Positions 13,718-27,423 of a stretch of DNA of 64,000 bases are shown piece by piece; the first letter of the stretch is position 1, and the number at the start of each line of letters is the position of its first letter. The position numbers and the translations under genes were made by a program. Source of the stretch: Vicugna vicugna (lineage: Eukaryota). The notes under the pieces are model-generated. The model was not told the DNA's origin, did no database searches, and worked only from the letters and a program-made list of their open reading frames with translations. The stretch covers positions 4,327,239-4,391,238 of the forward strand of contig MU058384.1 of assembly GCA_013265495.1 (NCBI GenBank). Direction: 5' to 3'.

Positions 13718-15605
13718 TCGCTGGCCTGAGTCTGAGTTGGGTCTAGAAAGGGGAGGCAGGTAGCAGTCAAAATCTAACTACAGATTTGTCTGATGGAGCC
13801 CAGATAGGCACAGGTGATAATATACTCACTACATGGGAATGTTCCACAGGCCTTCTGAAATAATGAACAGAGGTATTGTCCTCAATCTTTTGGCGTGCGT
13901 TTTTCTGCTAATCCCAAACACACTCACTTCAAATTGCGAGCACCTGAGAGACAGTCATCTGCATTGGCCAGTGTGTTTTCTACTACTCACCATTTTCCCC
14001 TCTTCCTCTCCTTTCTTACCTCATCCTCTTCACTGCTCCTGTTCCTGGCCTCACCACCTCTTAATGAGAATAAGCTGGTTCCTGTCTCCAGCTTGGTCCA
14101 ATGAGAGCTAAGGCAGTCACGCTAAGAGATCCATTTCACCTTTGACGAGGGTCTGCTGCTACCTTCTCTTTGGTGAGCCGAGGGGGATCATAACCTACAG
14201 AGTCTGGGTAAGTGGAAGGTGGCGTCCTTAATGCCAAGGGAAGCCAGCCTATTGGACTAGTTTTCTGTTTGTGTCTTTGGCTCTCTAAGTCTATTCAGGT
14301 TTTCTTGGTTGGAGCTATCTACAACCAAATCTGAATCCCGGCAAAGGGCAAAAGGATCCTGGCCCCTCATCAAATTCCTTCAAACCCATTTCTTTGGAGC
14401 TGAGTGATGGGTTCACCCATCTTCACATGACCAGGGCTATGATCCCATAGCCATCACTGATGCTACTAATCTCCCAGAAGTCCCTCTCCCATACTCTAGA
14501 CTGCTCATCTGCTCCAATGGGTTTGCTATTGCCATTGGATTAACCAGAAGCAGGACGACTCTGTCTCTTTGAGCCAGATAATGTAGACTGTTGGCTTCTT
14601 GCTATAAGAAGCCTGTCCTTCTGCCTTAGTTGGTCTCAGCTCACATCCCCCATGTGTTAACCATAATGTTGGTAGTTGTAGCAAGTTGACCTTAAGCTCT
14701 ATTAGAATCCACAGATTTCAGAGGATGAATTTCTCTTCCCCTATAACTGAACATACTTAGAGAGGTCTAGTGCTAGGTAATGTCATCAAGGCCATTACCT
14801 AGTGCTTATAAGTAAGGACTCCTAGGTGATGAATGGGTAGAAAGCTTGTGATTTCAGGACCTGATATAGCCTGGGTAAATCAGCAAGAAACCCAAACCAA
14901 TGGAATGTTAATGCTGATATGTCTGAAGTCATTTTATTGTATTGTTTGGATATCAGAGACTACTTGAAAATCATGAGGAATTTGACTGCCAAAGCAAAAA
15001 AAAAAAAAAAAAAAAAAAGGAAGAATGGAACTCCAGGTAAAGAAATTACACAAGACCTTTGAAACATTTCTTGCCATTTGCTGCTGTTTAAAAGATGAGT
15101 GAAGAAGCCTTCCCCACTTAACCATTTAAGCTCTCTAGATGCCTTTTCAGAGATCCAGAGAAAGGGAGAACAAATGATTCTAGAGACCTAAAAAAAAAAA
15201 AAAAGAAAAAAAAAGAAAGAGTCCTGCATCTTCCTTGAGCGCTGCTGTACCCGCTTTCCTGCTCACAGGTGTCTTATCACTGCAGAGTCTCCCCTGTGAG
15301 AGGTGTGGAACAGAGCTCCCAGAAGCAGTCTTCGGAGAAACAGTAAAATTGGCCCCTGAAGACCATTATGAGAGCTGAGAGCCTATGGTGACGACCAGAG
15401 GACCCTCATAGCTCCCTCTGCTCTCTCTTCTCGCCAAAGTGGCCCAGGAAAGCAAAAGTTGAACTCTGGCAAATACTAGTTAAGGGATAGAGAGTAAAAG
15501 TTTAGAAATAAATAAATAAATAAAGTTTACTCATTCGTGATGAAAATCCTAAGCAATCACATAGTTCCCTGCCTCCTACAAGTATGCCGAACTCATTTTA
15601 AACTA

Positions 15606-16098
15606 CTGACAGTTCCCAATTTACGATGGTTTGACTAACAATTTTTTGACTTTATGTGGTGTAAAAGCATTGTGCGTTCGGTAGAAATCATACATTAAAT
15701 TTTGAATTTTGATCTTTTCCTGGCGATATGCAGTAAGATACTCTAGTGATGTTGGGCAGTGGCCACGAACCACAGCTCCCAGTCAGCCACGCAATCCTGA
15801 GGGGAAATGATACACTTACAACTATTCTGCACGCAGACAACCATTCTGTTTTCACTTTCAGTACAGTATTCAATAAATTACATGAGATATTCAATGCTTT
15901 ATTATAAAATAGGCTTTGTGTTAGATAACTTTTGCCCAATTATAGGCTAATTTAAGTGTTCTGAGAACATTTCAGATAGGCTGGGCTAAGCGATCATGTC
16001 CAGTAGGTGAGGTGCATGCATGCATTTTGACTTAGGATATTTTCAATTTGTGATGGGTTTATTGGGATGTAACCCCATAGCAAGTGAAGGAAGATCTG
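15606..16098 (-). mobile_element. Tigger3 (Golem/MER7) non-autonomous DNA transposon
   Basis: Both termini present (ctgacagttcccaatttacgatgg and gggatgtaaccccatagcaagtgaaggaagatctg), TA on both flanks, and the characteristic internal ttcagtacagtattcaataaattacatgagatattcaa. Confidence 0.9.
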
Positions 16099-19000
16099 TA
16101 ATTTGGTTATCTATAATTTAATAAATGGGCAGCCTTTGGGGCCCCACTATAAACAGACTTCTCTGATGTCTGCTATGGTCTGGATACTGGCACATTACCA
16201 TTTCTGGCTTCCCTTACCCTTGCCTTTCAGTAAAGAATCTTCACGTAGGGGTTCCCAAAGTTACCAAATCCTGCTCTGTTTCTATTCACTCTGTCGCCTG
16301 GTTGGAGACATGCTTGGTAGGTTTCTGTGATATCTCACCACTATGGGTGAGCCTAGTTCAAGTTCATTTCTTTACCACCCCCAGGTCTTAGCTGTGGTGC
16401 CATGTTTGTTAATCTCATTGGGAATTATATCAGTTCTCCTGATTTAATTATTTTCTCTATTTTCACAGCTCCCAAATCTATAATTTTCAGTCTTGTATTT
16501 CGTTTCAAATCTACCCTAAGTCTCGAGCTGTTTTAATTTGAAAAGCTTGTTATTCCCTTGAACCCAATACACTGAAAATGGAGATTGCATCTTCATTCTC
16601 CTGACTTCCTTGTCTCGGTCAGAGGCCCTGTGGTGATCTGTAAGGGCATGTGAACACTGTAAGGCTCTCCTTCCTTAGAGAAATTCAAACCTGTACTCAT
16701 TCTTGTCTGTGATGGTGTTACGTTACATCTGGCTCTATGCAAAGGCAGGAGGGAAGGGGCTGGATTTGGGAGTGCACGCTTTTCTTTAAAGGACCCACTT
16801 CTCACTTTCCCCAACACTCATAGCCTTCCCAGTAGAAGGGAAGTGTTGCTTGTGACATCCCTCTGGGTGTGAGAAGGCAGAGAAGAAAAGCCCCTGAGTG
16901 GAATGGGGTACGAACATTTTGGCATGTCTCTCTTTCCCACTGAGTGGAGGTCACAAAATGATGGCACAGTGAACATGGCTGCATTGTATTTAAAAGAAAG
17001 AAAAATGACATAAGCTGCCAACATTGACAAAGCAGGATATTTACACAGATACCTAAATTTCCAGATTTTCTTAGAAAGATCGAGGTCTTGGCTATGTGGA
17101 GCCAGCAGTCCCTCATGGCACTGTATGGCAGCAGCTGAGCCACAGTGCCTACTTTAGGTGGGACACTTGCTCTCCAGGGGGTCTCAGGGCCACCATTGTG
17201 TCTAGTATTGAACCCAGTCAGCTGCACTGTTACACTTCACCCCCTTGGCTCCTGGAGGCATGTGAGTGTGTGATCTCCAGGAGAATTCCTGGAGAGGGAC
17301 GTTTGGAGGTTTGCAAATCCACTCACAGAAGCATCAGAGCTGTATCTCAGAAACAATGAGAACTTGACATATGCTTTTTGAATTAATGCGATTTTGAATC
17401 TTTGGACCAGAAAAGGTTACACTAGGATAACTTTAGAATTGAATGATAACAGTGATTGTATAGCTGCCATTAAAGAGCTATAAACCTTGATTTTGTTCAA
17501 GTGCAAGAAACGTCTGTCTCATATTCCCAACATACTGCGAATACACATTCTGGAATTTAAGTGCCTTGTTATCCTATCAGGCATCTTGTTAAGAAGTGAC
17601 ACGTGCTTCACGATCACCCAGCCTGTAAAAGAGCCTGAGCACGGCATATATACAGTGTTGACTATTTCCCAGTTTGTTCAGTCTGAGCCATTTAGGGAGA
17701 AATAGTCTACTTTCTTTTCTTTCACCTTAACCTTCTACATCTTTGAATATAAATCACTTAAATTTTCAGCTGTAACTGCCTGGTATCTCAGGGTCAGTGT
17801 CTTAGGGAATATAGTGAACATTCATATAATGAAAATGTCAAGAATTTTAAAGGTAAAAAGGGTGAGATAAAGTATATATACATTTGGTTCAATCTGAATG
17901 AGGAAATTGATAGCATTTAAATACTACAGGTTTATTTTGAGGATTAATGAAGTAATGCATGGAAAGCACATTGCCCAGTCTGGCAACTAAAAGTGTCCAG
18001 TAAATGTTAGCTCTTGTTATAGGTAATCAATTAATAATAGTGTAGGGCAGGTGATTAGCCTTTCTCTAAGTAGCTGAAAAGAACCTATTTCAAACACTGT
18101 ACTGTCAGGATGTTAGGGGTTATTTAGTCTTGGTATTGATTACTGTCACTCTCCAGCTTGTAATTTCCAAGACTCAGCACAGGGGCTGAGGATCGCTTGG
18201 ACATGGAGACTGAATTGTCTTCCTGCTTCTTCCAGTGGGGCACAAACAGCCTGGCAACATAAAGTAGCTGGTGGCACCTCGATTTGGTAATTGTTCTCCA
18301 TTAATCTGTCATGATTTTGATAAGCATCTTCCAAGAGAATATAATTTGTTACAGAAAATAAAAAAACAACGTTAAAGGGATTAAAATAAGCACCAGGATT
18401 TTGTGGGGAGTGGATAGTTGTTTCAATGACCATTTCTGCATCTTCCTCTCCCCATGCTCTCCCGCATTCCACCTCAACTGTGTCAAGAACATCATAGCTG
18501 TCATTTACCTGCTTTGGATTTCCTTTTCATTTAGTCCATCACCAAAGTTCAGGAAAACTTCATGATTTATTTCAATGAGCTGCATAATTTGATGCAACAG
18601 TGCTAGCCAAAATGGTTCACTTTCAACCAACAGAGTGCTGATTTATAGCACAGACCCTGAACTCATTATTTTTTAAATAAAAATTCCTGCAAAAAAAATA
18701 CTTCCCATCTAAACAGTTCTGAGAAACATAGTGTGATTTTGGGGTTTGGTTTTTTTTGGGCTGGAGGGGGAGGGGGAAATGGATTAGAAAACAAACACAC
18801 TGACTTCAAAGATTTCCATCTTGTTTTCATATAACCTAAATGAGATGAGATGACTAGTGATTTATGCTACCACAATCTTCCGTTGCTTCCCACTTTAAAT
18901 AAAAATATGGTTATAATTAGAGTCACATGAAATTGAAATTTTTTGCTTCTAAAAAGTAAGATAGAAGACGTGATGATTGCCAAGAGAGGCTCTCGAGTGT

Positions 19001-19134
19001 CCTCATAAACATAAAGGCACATGGCCCTTGAGCTGCACATCTGGGGTGTGCTTATGTCCGTTCACCACAGCATTACAGCACGTCCTCTGTGAGCGTGGAA
19101 ACAGTAACAAAGGCGGCAGCAATGACCAGTCACC

Positions 19135-19375
19135 ACAACTCACACTTACATAAGGCTCCGTGCTCTGTAAACTACTTTCACTTGTATTTTTATTTTATTT
19201 GGACCTCACAGCAGCCTGGTGGGGTAGGTGTCATGGGTACTGTTATTTCCATTTGATGAGAAAACTAAGGCTCAGAGAGTTGAAGAGACTTGCTTATCAT
19301 CATCCAACTAATAAGTGGCAGAGTTAGACCTTCCCATGTCTTTTGAATCCTGATCCAGGGACCTTTTTACTCTAA
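19135..19375 (-). mobile_element. MIR SINE
   Basis: cctcacagcagcct...gtaggt...ccatttgatgagaaaactaaggctcagagagttgaag...ataagtggcagag. Confidence 0.8.
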
Positions 19376-19567
19376 TTCTCTGACTCAATAATGTCACTAC
19401 TTTCTAGGGTTTAAAATAAAAGTTTCCCTTTGACACCACTCGTTCCCATAGCGGGGCTTGTGCGGATGCTCACGTGCTGTTTCCTCTTCCTGGAATGCTC
19501 CTTCCCCAGATGATTTAAATCTACTCCTTCTCAGAGAGGGTCTACCTCAAAAAAGCTGCTCCTTTAT

Positions 19568-19973
19568 TGTTTAAGTCTGCTGCTGTAACAAAATACCACA
19601 AACTGGGTGGCTTAAACAACAAAGATTTATTGTCCCACAGTGCTGGAGGCTAAAAGTCCCAAATCAAAGGGTTAGGGTTGATACTCTTGCGGGCTGTGAG
19701 GGAAGGATCAGTTTCAGGCTTCTCTCCTTGCTTTGTAGATGGCCACCTTCATATTCACGTGCCATTCTCCCTATAGGGACATATCTGTGTATCTAGATTG
19801 TTTTTTTATATAAGGACAACCAGTGATGTTGGATTAGGGTGCACCCTAATGATCTCATTTTACCTTAATTACCCCTTTAAAGACCCTGTTTCTAAATACA
19901 GTCACATTCTGAGGTACTCGAGGTTAGGACTGCAGCATATGACTTTTGGGGGGACACAATTCAGTCCTAAACA
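19568..19973 (-). mobile_element. MLT1B/C-type MaLR solo LTR
   Basis: gctgctgtaacaaaataccacaaactgggtggcttaaacaac...tataaggacaaccagt...gtcacattctgaggtact...ggggacacaattcag. Confidence 0.9.
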
Positions 19974-19984
19974 CCTGCCTCCTC

Positions 19985-20930
19985 AATGCATGTCACTCTC
20001 TACCCTTTATCCTCTTGTTCCCCATCTTAGTTAATGGCATCACCACATATCCAGTGGCTTCAGCCAACTCTTCACGATTCTCTTTTCTTCTGTTACTACA
20101 TCCAATTCCTCAGTTAAGTTTTATCAGCCTGAGCTTCAAACACTGCCTGAATCCCAACTTCTCACTACCCCACTACAGCCTTCCTAGTCCAAACCACTAA
20201 TCTGCTTGAACTAACGTCATCATTTGCTTCCAGTGGCCACACATAAAATCCATTTTTTTGTGCAGAAGTGAGTGTGAATTCTCTAAAACACTGGTTATGC
20301 CATGCAACTCCAAACACTGCATTTAGAACAAAATCTGGACTTACTATCCTGGATGAAAGCCTTGATATTTAAAATATATACCTGGAATCACTATCGGCAT
20401 CACTTGGGAATGTGTTACCTATATAGAAGCTTGGGCCCCACTGCAGATTTACTAACTCAAAATCAGCATTTTAACAATATCCTCAGGCAATCCGTGTGCA
20501 TTTTAAAGTTTGAGAAGCACTGGCCTAGAGAAGCCAGCAGGATCTCCCATGTGTGTCTCTGAACTCATCTCCTTCCCTCTGCTCTTACTCCTGTTCATCC
20601 CATTTCAGACTCTGGCCTCGCTGTCCCACCCCTTTGTGGCTCTCTCTGCCTGAAATGCCTTCTTAGAGACTATACTATCTAAAAAAGCTGCCCCCTCCAT
20701 GTCACTCTTTATCCCTCTCATCCTGCTTTGTTTTTTCTGCATAGTCGTTATCACCACCTGAAATTGAATAACTATGTGTTCATCTAACTTTTAATTATTT
20801 CCTGCAGTAAAATGTAAACTTCATGTGATCAGAGATCTGGTTTATTTGACCCACGGCTATTTTCTACTAGACAGAGAAGAAAGGCTGGCACATAGCAGAT
20901 GCTCAATAAACATTTGCTGAAACAATACAT
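19985..20930 (+). mobile_element. L2 LINE 3' fragment, interrupted by a MER5A1 at about 20360-20522
   Basis: Pyrimidine-rich L2 body ending in ctggcacatagcagatgctcaataaacatttgctgaa; the MER5A1 ends in cattttaaagtttgagaagcactg. Confidence 0.75.
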
Positions 20931-23007
20931 ATCTGGACTTTTGGTACAAAATTAGCCATTTTTGGGGTGCTGATTCAATTATTTTCTCTGGTAAACATTC
21001 AAGCGACTGTTGACGATAGCACAACATTTTACTAATTCACCACTCTTCATAATTCTTGCAGTTGGATTATTTTTCCATCCCTTCTTATCCCATCTCCCTG
21101 CCTTCCCCACTGGAATAGCCATGGGGTCCTTTTCCATCATGCAGCACATTCAGAATGCTGGGAGTGATGCAACAGGCAGCTTCCACTAAACTTTCCAAAA
21201 CAACATGAAATAATATAGGCTTAATAATGATTTTATTGTATGGCAGTTACTGGCTGGAACTTATGAACTTGAAGTTTTTTAAATCTAAGAAAACTTTAAA
21301 ACTCCGATCTTGCTATAAAATCTTGGTGGTAAACTCAGCACAGATGGTAACATTTCAAGCTTTGCTTACAAACTAGTGACCTTATCTTTTGATCTGTGAG
21401 ACCCCTTTACTCTTTAATGAGCCAAGGAAGATCCTGAATATGATTAAGTACCAATGAGTTCTGATTAGTTCTTTATTACAGAGAAGCTTCTTTTCAAAGC
21501 TGTCTCTACAAAAATACATATTTTAATATGTGTGTATGATGCATATGAAGAGACCATTTAAAATTGAGATTCTTGAGTCATTTGTTTCAATATAAATTTA
21601 AATCTGCTTCAGTGTGGTCAAAAGCAGGCTCTTCTTCAAAAGCCACTTTATTCCTGCCAAGTCTCCTGAGCAGAGTATTTCCTCAGGAGTCACTGACTTC
21701 CTCTCTTCTCAGCTACCTCGGCTTGGGGGTTTGCAGTCTCAGTGGGCCTTCAAGTCCAGCCCAAGTGGCATTGGTTCCCTTTTAGTTACCATTTATGTCC
21801 TTTCTCCCATGACTTTTGGTTGTCACCTCTTTATTCCAGTGTTCATTCTGCCAAAAGCTTTCCTACAGTGTCAAGATGTATTTTTGGAAATAAAGATGAG
21901 CCAAATCATTCAACTGAATACAAATAAAGCATCCATGATTTTTAAAAAGGACAAATATGGACACAGACCCTAAAAAGTTAACCAGGAAATTTATTCCAGG
22001 GATATTTGCTGGGCAAGTCAGCTATCGGTGCCCCAATGGCAGAAAGGCTGTTGCTTCTGATCCCAGATCACAGGTTTCAAGACTATCTCCTTCAGATCAT
22101 TGTCTTAGACTTTTGAAAGTTGAAATATTGGTAATGGCAAGTCTGTTCAACTAGTTGTCTTTCACCAAAGGCCAACAAGCAAAAACTAGGTCATCCAACT
22201 ACCATAGGTTCTAAAAAGCAGCCTGACATTTGTCTAGATAATCTTTTTTTCCCATGTGTTTTACTCATACCACCTTTTTTTATCTTTAGACTCATCAGCA
22301 ATGTAGTTATCAAGTAGGAGTTAGTCAGGGTTGTTGGGCACATTTGAAGGACAAAGAATTTTAGATCGAGAGAGATTGTGACATGGCTATTAGGGGAAGA
22401 CAGAGGACACGACATCAGGTCTCTGGACTCTTATTTGAACGTATCCATTAGTGTTTTCTGGGCCTATCAATTCTTTCACCAGATTTAGCATGAAACAACA
22501 CAGAGGGATTGACCAGGTCCCAGGCTGACGTATGTCCATGAATATCCACAGGTTTTTTAGAAAAATGCCACTGTGGAGAAGGGACCAATCATGCCCCATT
22601 CTCTGCTACCACTGCCTTAGTTACAGAGCTGAAGGGGTGATGCTAGAAAATAAGAATGTTGGGGGCTAAGGACATCACTTTATCTTCCTCTCTGTCTACC
22701 AAACATTAATTCTAGGATTACAGTAATAATCTGCTTAATAATCATTGGCTAAACTGAATGGACAGTTAAATATTGTGTTTTGGGACTTTCACTGAGTTTT
22801 ATAAATTCTGTATTGATTTGTCTTTTTAAAGAAATCCTCACACATTTTTCTTCTGAGGTAAAATTAAAGGGAATGGGAGCAAAGAAATGCTGGTATTTTC
22901 ATTTTCTAACTGAGTAAGTCAAAGAAAACACTGGCATGAGTCCATGGCTCTCAAAGTGGGCTTCAGAGAAGCCAAGTCTAGTCACTTACTTCACCCTCTT
23001 TCACACT

Positions 23008-23026
23008 GCAACTCCAGGGGGCGCTA
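23008..23026 (+). promoter_or_regulatory. CTCF motif candidate
   Basis: gcaaCTCCAGGGGGCGCTA against the consensus tggCCACCAGGGGGCGCTA; the CpG is retained. Confidence 0.55.
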
Positions 23027-23639
23027 TTCACATTCTAGTCTAGGTCAATGGCACAGTAGGGGTTGTGGGCACCCGACCTTCCAAGCATCCATTGTCTCTG
23101 CTCTTTGCCATAATAAAACTCTCAGGTCCTGTTTAACTCTGTTAGCATTTGCAAATACTTACTTTCAAAGATAATAGAAAAAAGGTTTCTCTTTCCTTTG
23201 GTTTTTAGTGAAACTGGTTTCCTGAGGAGGCCATTAACTATGATTCTAAGCTACTATTTAGGAAAATAAAGAGTCCAAGAGGCAAGCACAGAAACAGAGA
23301 TAGGTCCTTCTATTAAAAAAAAAAAAGCCACTAGAAAGGTTAAATAAAGAAAGAACTCCCCAAGGAGGGAAATTTTCTAGAGATGAGATTGCCAATCACC
23401 TTTCCTTTCTAAATTCTAACCACTTTAAAGTGATACTTCCTCTGGCTGAACTTTCTAAGTTAGATGAACATTAACCATTTCATTTATTTGGAATATATGT
23501 AACACATGATGTTAAATCTGTTCACTCTTATTTTCCTAAACACATCCATTCAGTATCCACCTCAGGACACTGGGAATACACTTCTCCAAAACTGTAATGC
23601 CAGCCTTCTTTCCTTATTTTGTTAATTTTTAAAATGAAC

Positions 23640-24190
23640 ATAATGATCCAGTATTTTAAAACGGAAGTCAGCTCAGGCAACATCAGTGCTTAGAAATTTC
23701 TGATGGTTTTCCTCCTCGCCGGCAGAATCAATCCAGAGTCCTTATAATGACTCACACTGATATGGCTCCCAGGACCTCTCAGCTCCTTCTCCTCATTCCT
23801 GGGCCTTAGCACACCTCTCTCCCTCTGCTCCTTTGGGTTGTCCAGGCTCCTTCCTGCTTCAGGACACTTCCGCAGAGCCTGGCTATGCTCACTGCAGGGA
23901 GAGCTCTGGCTGTTCTGGTTAAAACCTGCACCACCACCTCCACCCCTACTGTCTTTTACTCCACCCTTTGTGCCCTGCCTTCTTTTTTCCTTAGTAGAAT
24001 TTCTTCCAGTGTCATCTTTAAAAGTATGTAGTATATGATTTATATTGTTTATCATTCATCCCCCCCACCTTCAGGTCCCACTAGAATCTAAGTTCCCCTA
24101 TGGTAGGAATTTTGTCTCTTATTCACTGCTGTTCTTCTGGTACAAAGAAGAGAGTACACACTTGTTAAGTACTCAGTATCTATTTTTGTT
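23640..24190 (+). mobile_element. L2 LINE 3' fragment
   Basis: cccactagaatctaagttcccc...ggtaggaattttgtc...ttcactgctg...tactcagtatctatttttgttg. Confidence 0.7.
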
Positions 24191-24749
24191 GGACAAATCA
24201 GCATTAATAGATCATACATTTATAGAATATTAATTGATATAAACTCTGCATTAATCAGGCTCATATTATAAGCAAAATGTCGCAGAAAATAATATTTTTC
24301 TTCCCTTATCATTAATTTATAATTGCACATTAGAAATCTTAGTATAGTAGTAGTCTTCAACACTTCTTTGTAATGACAGTGGGTACAGATGTGATTTAAA
24401 AGCTATATAGTTTTAGGGAAGCCACTGAATTTCCTTCCAGTTGATAGTTTAAAACTGAACCCAGAAAAAGCCTTTTTATTTGAAAAACAGATGGATTGCT
24501 AAAGGGGTCACAACACACTTTAATTTTCCTATGAGAAAACAATAAATTAAATGACAGAGCCTGAACAAAGGCTCATCTGTCTCTTAGTTCTCAGAAAAGT
24601 TCAATACCAGGGTCCTGTCCCTGGCCAGCCTCTCAGAGCCTCTGCAGAGCTTACCAGACCACAACTGCACACTGCTTTCAGCCTCCCTGCCACCATGTCT
24701 TTTTATCCCTCTTAATTTTTTTAAGATACTAGCAGGACCCTCTGCCCTG

Positions 24750-24965
24750 GATATGCATAACTTCCAACGTAATCAATATCCCCCACCAGAGGGGTACATT
24801 TGTTAGAATCGATGAACCTCCACGGACACATCATCATCACCCAAAGTTCCAAGTTCACCTTACAGTCACTTTTGGTGTTGCACGTTCTGGATTTGGACAA
24901 ATTTGTAATGACATGTATCCAGCATTACAATATTATACGGAGTAGCTTCACTGCCCTAAGGTCCT
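24750..24965 (-). mobile_element. L1MC-type 3' end fragment
   Basis: caccagaggggtacatttgttagaatcgatgaacct...acacatcatcatcacccaaagt...tcactgccctaa. Confidence 0.8.
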
Positions 24966-25009
24966 TTTTTATGTTTATGTTTTTCTATTGTAAGAGTAAT
25001 ACATACTTC

Positions 25010-25033
25010 TCACACACACACACACACACACAC
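25010..25033. repeat. (CA)n microsatellite (a second short one at about 25155-25172)
   Basis: Directly visible. Confidence 0.9.
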
Positions 25034-25560
25034 TTCCAAAAATAAATAAAAATAAATAAAAGTAATACATGCTAATGGTAGGAAATTTATACCATACAGA
25101 AAAATAAGATGAATCAAGTAAAGTTAAATTTTTTCCTACCACTAAAAATTATATACACACACACACACACACAAGTATGAAAGGCAACCTTTCATATTTG
25201 GAAAAACACTGTATGTAGTTCTTCATACAGTTTTACATCAACAGAATTTACTCGTCCTTTATTTGACAGACTTTAGGACATGTAGAGCATTCAACCCTTC
25301 TCTTTGTCTTTTTTTCGAATACTGAAAGTAAACTAACTGGTTGTGCAAATTAACTACCTACAAATCTTTACTCCCTCAGACAAAAGCCTTGTGCTTTTTG
25401 GGTCTCAGTTGAGAAGAAAGGAACAAAATAGAGAACTTAAACTTGGAAAAGGGCAATCGTCTTTTGTTTGTTTGCTAGTTTAATGAAAGCTGCAGTCTCT
25501 TAGCATAATGGAAACACCACTTGGTACCACTTTAAGGGTGTCTCTGGGGCGGAGGCAGAC

Positions 25561-25611
25561 TATGTGTGTGCGTGCGTGCATTCGTGCATGCATGTGTGTC
25601 TGTGTGTGTGT
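25561..25611. repeat. Imperfect (TG/CG/CA)n alternating purine-pyrimidine tract
   Basis: tatgtgtgtgcgtgcgtgcattcgtgcatgcatgtgtgtctgtgtgtgtgt. Confidence 0.85.
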
Positions 25612-26399
25612 TACATCTTATAATTCTAAGGATCTAAGGAAGCTCCACAGTGTTTGTTCCACATTGTTTTATAGCACTTGTGTAATAAGCCCTCACCCAT
25701 CCATGGTGAAACAGGCTATTAGCGCATTTGTTGTGGAAGGCTTCCATTTGCCATGGAACCACAGACCTCAGTTACTTCAGTTTCATATTGTTTTGCAACT
25801 CCTGTGTTGTTCCATGGGTTGTGTCAATAGGTGACATTTTTATCTATGACATAAGGCATAGGACGGCTGGGATGACATGCATTCTGCAAAGGGAATGGCC
25901 AGTTCCAGAAAGTCCATTTGTTTGGGGGAAGATGAGTCTGTGAGAGACAATTCAATAAAAGTCCAACTCATCTCCAAGATGTAGTGACCGATAATGGTTA
26001 CCCCAAGGCACAGTTCATGTAACAAATACCTCTTCATTTGTGTCTAGTTAACCACTAGAATAAATTACCAAAGTTTTGACACCTGTCAGGTATAGGTTTT
26101 AGTAAAGCAAGCAACAATAAAAACAATTTTTATATCCTTAGAAATCAGGAAAACTACCTAAAATCTCTCACATTATAAAATGAATAATTATTGTCTGTTG
26201 AACCCACTTGGAAAATATGGAGAGACAAAAAGGAAATAAAAATCATTCATGATCTCGCATCCAGGTAGCCAAAAACACTTTCTGAGTATTGGGAAATTAT
26301 AATTCTCTTAGTTGACTCAATCTTGATATTGGCTAACGGCTACCTTCCTATATTTACCTAGACAAACCGAATATGAGAGAAACTGATAGAAAGAGCAAT

Positions 26400-26527
26400 G
26401 GGGGAGGGTACAGATCAGTGGTAGAGCACATGCTTAGCATGCATGAGGTCTTGGGTTCAATCCCCAGTACCTCCATTAAAATAAATAAATAAATAAACCT
26501 AATTATCTGCCCCCTTACCCCCAAAAA
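26400..26527 (+). mobile_element. Camelid tRNA-derived SINE (Vic-1 type), full length
   Basis: GGGGAGGGTAcAGaTCAGTGGTAGAGC...GGGTTCAATCCCCAGTACCTCC, then (TAAA)n and CCTAATTA; TSD AAAGAGCAA at 26390-26398 and 26525-26533. Confidence 0.9.
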
Positions 26528-27423
26528 GAGCAAAATGAAAATACTTTGCTGATTCACTCCTAGGGCAATTGTGAATAAAATCCATGAAAACAACATGTGA
26601 GGGTTAAACTTAGAATCACTATGCCATTTTCATACTGAGGTACTAGCCTATTGATTTTTCAGAATTAGATGTCTAAATTATAATTTTCATATTATAAGTT
26701 CTTACATATAATTTCAGATCTGTAAAAAAAGATAATTGTGTATTTTGTAGTAAAAGAAAAAATGGAAATTAATTATCTCAAAAGAAAAGAGTTTTAATTT
26801 ATGAACCAGAGTTTTGTTTACAATTGCACTGTGGATGGAGAAACACTTATTAGGATCATTTGTAGAATATTTAATTCCAGTGTTTGATAGACAGTAACTA
26901 TTAGTTTGGTTTATGCAACAAACTCCATTAACTCATTAATGTTCATTGATAATCAAGAAATAAAATATACCTATTTTATTACTACCATTATCAACCTGAT
27001 GAGTTGTTAACATAAATGATAATTGTGATCTTCATTAAAGACTATTACACGAAATGTTGTTTGTATTGAGTTGAATGATGAATTATGCATTCTAACTTTT
27101 ACTCAAAAATAATTATCAAGTATTACATTATTTATGGGACCTTCATACATATCTAGTGGGAGGGTAAATTGGTATAGTCACTTTGGAAAACTATTTGGCA
27201 GAATCAGTTAAAGCTGAACATCTACATGCCCTATGACCCAACAGTTACAATTCTAGGTAAACACTCAAGAGAAGATGTGTAATTTTGTGCACAAAAAGAC
27301 ATGTACAAGAATGTTCATAGTATTTTTATTTGTAACTGTCCAAAACTAGGGATAGCCAAATGTTTACTACCACTAGAATTAATAATCACACACACACATA
27401 CACATACACTGAAATACTCTTAA

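Noticed and set aside
17010..17215. Sequence resembling an ancient interspersed repeat
   Set aside because: I could not assign the family reliably, so it is not listed as a feature.
26400..26475. tRNA-like sequence with Pol III A and B boxes
   Set aside because: It is the head of a SINE with a tail and TSD, not a tRNA gene. The same applies to 27840-27910.
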